A stretch of DNA of 64,000 nt from Octopus vulgaris. Lineage: Eukaryota. Of the stretch, positions 57,551 to 64,000 are shown piece by piece. The position numbers were made by a program, and so were the translations under genes. The notes beneath the pieces are model-generated. The model did not search any database and was not told the origin of the DNA. It was given only the letters and a program-made list of their open reading frames with translations. Location of the stretch: the NCBI GenBank assembly GCA_951406725.2, contig OX597814.1, forward strand, positions 86,118,001 to 86,182,000. The letters run 5' to 3'. Positions within the stretch are counted from its first letter, which is position 1. Each line of letters opens with the position of its first letter.

Positions 57551-57585
57551 CTTATTGAAGAGCATAGGCTCGAAACGTAAAATAC
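57551..57585 (+). ncRNA. Degenerate minimal hammerhead-like motif in a (TA)n-embedded element (57475-57675)
   Basis: UUAUUGA-A-GAGC-auag-GCUC-GAAAC-GUA: stem II and the GAAAC-GUH box are intact, the CUGANGA box is mutated. Confidence 0.45.
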
Positions 57586-57687
57586 TTTTTCATTTTTCCC
57601 GAATGTCAAACTAATACACTTGCTTGTTGTTCATACACCTGTCTTCGTCTTTTATTTTTCAATAAATTTCAACTATATATATATATG

Positions 57688-57743
<56 letters not shown>

Positions 57744-57745
57744 TG

Positions 57746-58108
57746 CAGAGAGGTGACCCTTGATAGGAAGCCTTACATGCTACAAAGGGTAGCCAAACCC
57801 AAACCACTGACTATGTGACTATGTGAATGCGCTTGTGCGGTTGATCTGAAAATGCAATGTATAAGTATGCAGCACGCATGTGTGATTTCGGTACGTATTA
57901 GATACATAATTATGCATTGTCTTAGTGATCCCACTGATGACGTACGGATGACAAATTAATTTATTTGTTCATTAATAAAGAAACTCTAGTTTGGGGTTAA
58001 CTATAAATAATTTTTGTTTTCATTCTCTTTAGAATTAATTTTTTTCGTGGTTTGGATTTGGCTGCCCTTTCTAGCTTGTAAGGCGTCCTGTCAAGGGTCA
58101 CCTCCCTG
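57746..58108 (+). mobile_element. 363-bp fold-back element with 62-bp terminal inverted repeats and an internal hammerhead motif
   Basis: 57746-57807 is the imperfect reverse complement of 58047-58108; HHR motif at 57927-57998. Confidence 0.8.
57927..57998 (+). ncRNA. Type I hammerhead ribozyme motif (base of stem II eroded)
   Basis: GAUCCCA-CUGAUGA-[AUGACAAAU..AUUUGUUCAU hairpin]-GAAAC-ucua-GUU-UGGGGUU; 7-bp stem I including G.U pairs. Confidence 0.62.
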
Positions 58109-58394
58109 TGTATAAATACTTATACACTCTTACATATGAAAATATATTGTCTATTGACTTTTATTACGCATCGTAGCCATCGGTATGAATTTTTTTCTAA
58201 ATTTTCTACCCTTATAATTTTCACAGTATGTGTGTGTGTGTGTTTACGTGTATATATATAATATAAATAATATATATATATGCATATATATACATACGTA
58301 TATGTATATATATATATATAATCCCCAAAGTGTCATTATATATATATATATATATATATATCATCCCCAAAGTGTCATTAAGGGGATAATCAAA

Positions 58395-58630
58395 GGTATG
58401 AGTTTGCATGCGCCCTATATATATATCTTAAAATCAGTCGTACTACCTATGTAAATCTTTTTAGGTTCATTAAGGGTTGAGGCATCAACTTTTTATATGA
58501 CATTTCTCCTTAAACAGAAGCATTTTAGGGGACAAAGCTCCTTATTACGACAATTACATGTTTTATTCGTTTTATTTCTAGGTTTAGCCTTTCTATTTTT
58601 AATATCAGGGTTCTTCTTACTATTATTCAT
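58395..58630 (-). pseudogene. Penelope-like retroelement Cys-rich linker plus GIY-YIG endonuclease fragment
   Basis: Minus strand ...KTCNCRNKELCPLKCFCLRRNVI*KVDASTLNEPKKIYIGSTTDFK, then a (TA) slip, then YRAHANS. CxCx5Cx5C followed by VI(Y)...YIG; TAA at 58493-58495. Not in the ORF track. Confidence 0.88.
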
Positions 58631-58719
58631 AAGAAATGTATTAGCTTGACGCTTGGTGAAAGGAGAGAGTTTGACGTTTCGAGCATAGTCGGAAAGGAGA
58701 AAAGAAAATGTTCAAAGAA

Positions 58720-58768
<49 letters not shown>

Positions 58769-59861
58769 TGTATGTATGTATGTATGTATGTGTGACGGTT
58801 TCTTTCAGTTTCCGTCGATCAAATTCATTCACCTAGCCCGAGTCTATAGTAGAAGACATTTGCCCAAGGTGCCGTGCAGTGGGACCGAACCTAAAAAACA
58901 CATGGTTGTAAATCGAGTTTCTTAACCACACAGCCATACTCACGCCTATTCTTATCACAAACAAACAGTGAAGACGGAGAAAATTATAATTTTCTGATTA
59001 ACTGCATCTTTAGAGATAATTACAATAATTTAATAATTACATTTGCACTTCGTTATGATCAGTTCGATCTCAAATTGTTGTTTTGCGTCTTCTTCCTAAC
59101 TAGATGTGTACTTCGTACCATACCAGATTCGAACTAGGGACTTTTATTTCTAAATTAAAGGCTAGTACAGTTATGTTTTCATACACGACTACGTGTGATG
59201 CATGTACATTTGAATTCGATTATGTATTCTGTACATATCCAGTTGTATGACACGAGTTGATCGCAGATAAAATTGATTGAAATGTTGTCTAGACTTGAAT
59301 AAAAAAAAATATTCACCTGAAAATATTTTGAAGAAAAAAATAAGTATATTCTAAATATAATCAAGATGTGTGGTTAAGACTTTCGCTTCGCAACCATGCG
59401 CTGTCTTGAGTAAGTGTCTTATACTATGTATGGCCCCGGGTTGACTAGCGCCTTACGATTTGGTAGACGGAAGCTGTGTGGAAGCTCGTCGTATACACAT
59501 ACACGCGTAAAGACTGATGAAGTGCAGTTAAACATTTTCTCTGGCGTGCTACCGATTTTGCCGACTCGCCGCCTTAAATTGAATCATATATTGACGTTTG
59601 GAATGTGTGCACTTATGATTTGTGCACCGGGTAGTTTGTATATTTCCCAAACGGTACTTGATATTTTTTTCTCTAAAACTGCTTGATACCAACGTAAGTA
59701 GTTATCCTGACTTGGGTGTCGATATCACAATGATATTCGTTAGCTATCTGATGAGGGGAATTGCCCGGTCATTGTTAATGTTCGCTGGTTTGTTTTCGTC
59801 TTCCTTGTTCTTTTGCTTTGTCTTGGTGTGCTTTACGAGGATTATACAGGTTCTTGGGTCA

Positions 59862-59954
59862 TTTCTCATTTTAGATGGCGCTAGCTACAGGGTTTCTCAT
59901 TTTAGATGGCGTTAGCTACAGGATTTCTCATTTTAGAAGCCGTTAGCTACAGGG
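59862..59954 (+). repeat. 31-bp tandem repeat, 3 copies
   Basis: Unit TTTCTCATTTTAGATGGCG(C/T)TAGCTACAGG(G/A); the array ends GGG|TTAA. Confidence 0.92.
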
Positions 59955-60147
59955 TTAAATAATCACACAGTAAGTAATCACAGTTTAGCATGGTCAATTC
60001 ATCGTTATAAGATAAATATGAAGCATATATGACTAGGTATGTTAACAAGATTATATAACATATCAACAAACAATTATGTAATCCTGGCCATAATTTGATG
60101 AAACGCGTGTTTTATAACACTCACACATACATGCATACATACATACA

Positions 60148-60183
<36 letters not shown>

Positions 60184-60184
60184 T

Positions 60185-60248
<64 letters not shown>

Positions 60249-60961
60249 CAACTCTCACTGTCGGTTCCAGCTGCTGATCTATTTTTATAACAGTTTCAAT
60301 CATTTGACTGAAGCAATGCTGGGGCATCGCTCTCAAGGGCTTTAGTCAATTATATCGACTTTTTCTGGTACTTATTCTACTAATCTCGTAAATACCGAAA
60401 GACAAAGTAAGTTGAGCGTAAGGTGACATAAACCAACACACAAAGTATTTTCGTCTTCGCACCAATTTTTCCATAGTTCACTGATAAATGGCTGCATGTG
60501 TATGTGTGTATATATGTATCCGATACAGTTTTCTTCAACGACATTTCACTCTCAGACATTGGTGATCGGCTCGAAGTTGGAGTAGAGGATATTTGCCCAA
60601 CTTGCTACGCAACTAAGGATCAAACTTAAACCCCACTTGACTGTGAAGCGAAATCCATAACCAACAATACCTTCGGAAATGCGTCTATGCCCATTTATAA
60701 CATTCATAAAGTAAACCCTATCCATTCCCTACATATCATCATCGTCATCACTATCATCACCATCACCATCATCAACAATAACAACAGCAATATCAGCAAC
60801 AGCAGCAGCAGTAACAACATCTTCATCATCATGATCCTCGTCGCCGTCGTCGTTGTCAACACCATCGTGATCGTCGTTTCATCATGTTTTTTTTAGTATA
60901 TTCCTTTTTATTCCTTTTTTCCATTTTCTTGCATTCTTTTCATTGTTTTTTTTTCTATTCT

Positions 60962-61045
<84 letters not shown>

Positions 61046-61966
61046 TTGCCAACATTGAACAGTTTGCGGGCAATTTCAACACCTAATTCACGGGGGAATT
61101 TTTCTGCAACGAACCTTCCAGATAGAAAGCTATGACTAAGGGGAGAAAGAGAATCGGTAAAATATTGTTTATTAAATATTAAAAAGTAATGAACGGAATA
61201 AAACGACTCCCTTATATCAATATATGACTGAAGAGTAAATGGGTGCTTTCTCATTCTTTAGTTCGGGCTGCCAATAATGGGGTAACTATCAAAGAGAAAA
61301 ACTAAAGATGTTTCAAATTTGTAACGTCATGAACCAACGACATGCTAGAAAAAGCAGCTAAATTTTCCTCAAAATACGCCATACTGTCCTGGGAGAAAAA
61401 AATTAAAGACAGGACGGATAATATTGAAATTAATTTGTGAATACATAACAAATAAAATGGACGGTCATAGCTGGAGCGCCTTTGAATATAGATTAACTCA
61501 ATCATGGTCGATTTGGAGGTAAATGGCAATAATAACGACAGCGAATTTTGACAGCTGGTTTTATTCAAACAGGTCATTTATACACAGGCACAGACCTGGC
61601 TGTTTGATTAAAGAAGCGCAGTTTGTAACCATGTTGTTTTGGGTTCAGTACCACTGCACGGCATATTGGATATGTATCTTCTATTACACAAATCTGCGAA
61701 GTGGAACTTTTTGATAATTGTATGTTACTTTATATATATTTCGTGGTGCTAATTCGAAATACCAAAATAGCTCTTTCCCATTACCTAAGCATTAAGTTTT
61801 CTCACAGTTTAATAAGATACACCATCATTTGTAGGTAAATCCACATGCTCTAAGACAAAATGAAACGAATAAAAATGAATTTCGTACATTAATTATGAAA
61901 ATAATAATGACACAAATACAACTGAAAGGTGAGAAAATAGATTTTTTCAAGCAAGGGTACCACCAT

Positions 61967-62320
61967 TCATTTTTAGGTTAAACACTTTAAAATCCCTTCT
62001 TTTTCACATGGAAGCTACACTTGGAACTCTTTCGCTTGAGAACATTTGATGGACATTCCCGATGCAACATCATATTGACATTCCATCTTCACTGATACCT
62101 CCTTTCCATCTTGAAACTTTTCCCCAGCTCCTCACTTACAACCCCCAGATTTTCTGGAAAGAAATCCAAAAGGGCATGTAGAAAATTAACTTTAATGCCC
62201 ATTTTACATCGTAAGAACCCGATCTTTTCCAGCAGATACGTTATACATACGTGACTTTGTAAAGCACGTCTTTTTCTCTTCAGTGCTTACGGTTAACCAA
62301 AGTTAGTGATGCAGGCACCA
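61967..62320 (-). pseudogene. DNA transposase relic (Chapaev3/CMC-like, tentative), internally deleted
   Basis: Minus strand CKMGIKVNFLHALLDFFPENLGVVSEELGKSFKMERRYQ*RWNVNMM matches the widespread motif MSLK.HFLHSHLDFFPENLGAVS.E.GERFHQ...ME.RYQGRW...M. Not in the ORF track. The element probably spans about 61700-62570. Confidence 0.75.
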
Positions 62321-62651
62321 TTCTTTGTAGCTGAAGTGGTTTAAACGTTATTAGATGCTTACTTTTCAAAATTACGCTTTTAGTTATACTATCAAATTCT
62401 ATTTGAATATAGCAGTTAATAGTAATAATAAAATACAATAGCAAAATGCGGGCATAATGATAAAATGCAAAGATCGATTTTGTGAAAAAATTTACGTAAT
62501 AGGACAAATTCTCTGTAAGTTTTAAAATCAGCGAGTAAAAGTTGATCAGTTTCACCCAATTTTTTCATCGCAGATCTGTGTCATAGTTCCAGGCGGAGCA
62601 ATGCCTTGTGAGTGAATTCCGCAGAAACTGTGTGAGCTCGTCGGAGATGTG

Positions 62652-62691
<40 letters not shown>

Positions 62692-62838
62692 CGCGAGTTT
62701 CTACTCGCCGTCACTTAATAACGGTGTTGGTTTGTTTACATTCCTTGTCAGTATATATAAATGTGTGCTTAAGCGGCTTTAAGGATTTTAACGCTTATTT
62801 CTAGCAATACAGGTGCTATTAAGCACCCTCAGTCACAA

Positions 62839-62887
<49 letters not shown>

Positions 62888-63106
62888 TTAGTGTAGGATC
62901 AGCAAAAACAGTATGTATATATGTGTGTGTAAATGTTTGTGTATCGGTGGTGGTGTGTTTACGTCCCTGTAACTTAGCGGTTCGGCCAAAGCACCAATAG
63001 AATAAGTACTAGGCTTACAAAGATTAAGACCTGGGATCGATTTGCTCGACTAAAGGCGCTCTTATTTTAATATTATATACAATTTTAATATTGTGTACAG
63101 TAAATG

Positions 63107-63214
<108 letters not shown>

Positions 63215-63538
63215 CAGCGGACAGGCCGGAGGCAATGAGGGTAATGGATTTTTGGAACTAGAAGTCACCTTAAAGATCGTGAAGATGAGCGTAGGAAAAA
63301 AATTGGAGACGATATAAGCACCCTACCAACAATGTTGAACTAATAAGAAAACGCCACCCCTAAGTTCCCCTATTTCCATCATTGAGTGGGTGTTTTATCT
63401 ACATGTATGTATGTATGTATGTATGTATGTATGTATGTATGTATGTATGTATGTATGTATGTATGTATGTATGTATACACGCACACTCAATTATACCGAT
63501 ATATATATATAAATATATACAGCGAGAAAGAGTGAGAA

Positions 63539-63596
<58 letters not shown>

Positions 63597-64000
63597 CAAA
63601 GGATGAACGGACGAGCTAATGGAGAAACATCACTATCATATCAAAGAGCGCGCGTGCACACGCAATGCGCGCGTGCTCGCATACGAATGGCATTCTACTT
63701 ATTGAAGCATATACCCGTACATTAATATTTTCCCTTCTAGTAAAAGCAGTAGCAGCAGCAAAATTATCAGTTCTTGGGATGGTGGAGAGTGTGGCTGATG
63801 GTGGTGATGGTGGTGATGGCGGTGGCGTTGTTACCGTTGTAATTTTAACATCATTCGTAAAAAGCCGAGATTCAGATTCCATTAAGTTGTGAATATTTAA
63901 AGAGTCGGTGCATCAAATGAAATTCAATGAAAGTCAGCAGCCAATCAGCTTCCACGACCTATATGTGTGTGCGTGTGTGTCTGTGTCTGTGTGTGTGCGT

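Noticed and set aside
58321-58380. 18-bp direct repeat ATCCCCAAAGTGTCATTA around (TA)n
   Set aside because: Most simply a slippage duplication at the end of the PLE relic, not a separate element.
59862-59954. CRISPR-like array
   Set aside because: The repeats are contiguous with no spacers, in eukaryotic context with no cas genes.

Overview
This is AT-rich, microsatellite-saturated eukaryotic DNA, almost all intronic or intergenic. The SINE repertoire and (TA)n/(GATA)n/(CATA)n density suggest an Octopus-type cephalopod (inference). Nearly all supplied ORFs are microsatellite artefacts, and I see no intact protein-coding gene. Supported mobile elements: a 2.8-kb internally deleted Helitron with both termini and a broken PIF1-type helicase (29847-32658, minus); several tRNA-derived SINE families, many nested; four copies of a mariner-derived MITE; hAT-, Tc1- and piggyBac-like MITEs; an 888-bp element with perfect 24-bp TIRs and an 8-bp TSD; a Chapaev3-like transposase relic; and Penelope-like GIY-YIG relics. 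Two frame-compatible candidate exons lie on the minus strand at about 47.0-48.0 kb. The most interesting signal is a set of hammerhead-ribozyme (HHR)-like motifs in short microsatellite-embedded elements. The best are a tRNA-headed element with an (AAT)n spacer and a near-canonical minimal HHR (20171-20591, minus) and a 363-bp fold-back element with an internal HHR (57746-58108). Family letters A-G are my own labels. All family assignments come from motif recognition by eye, not database searches.
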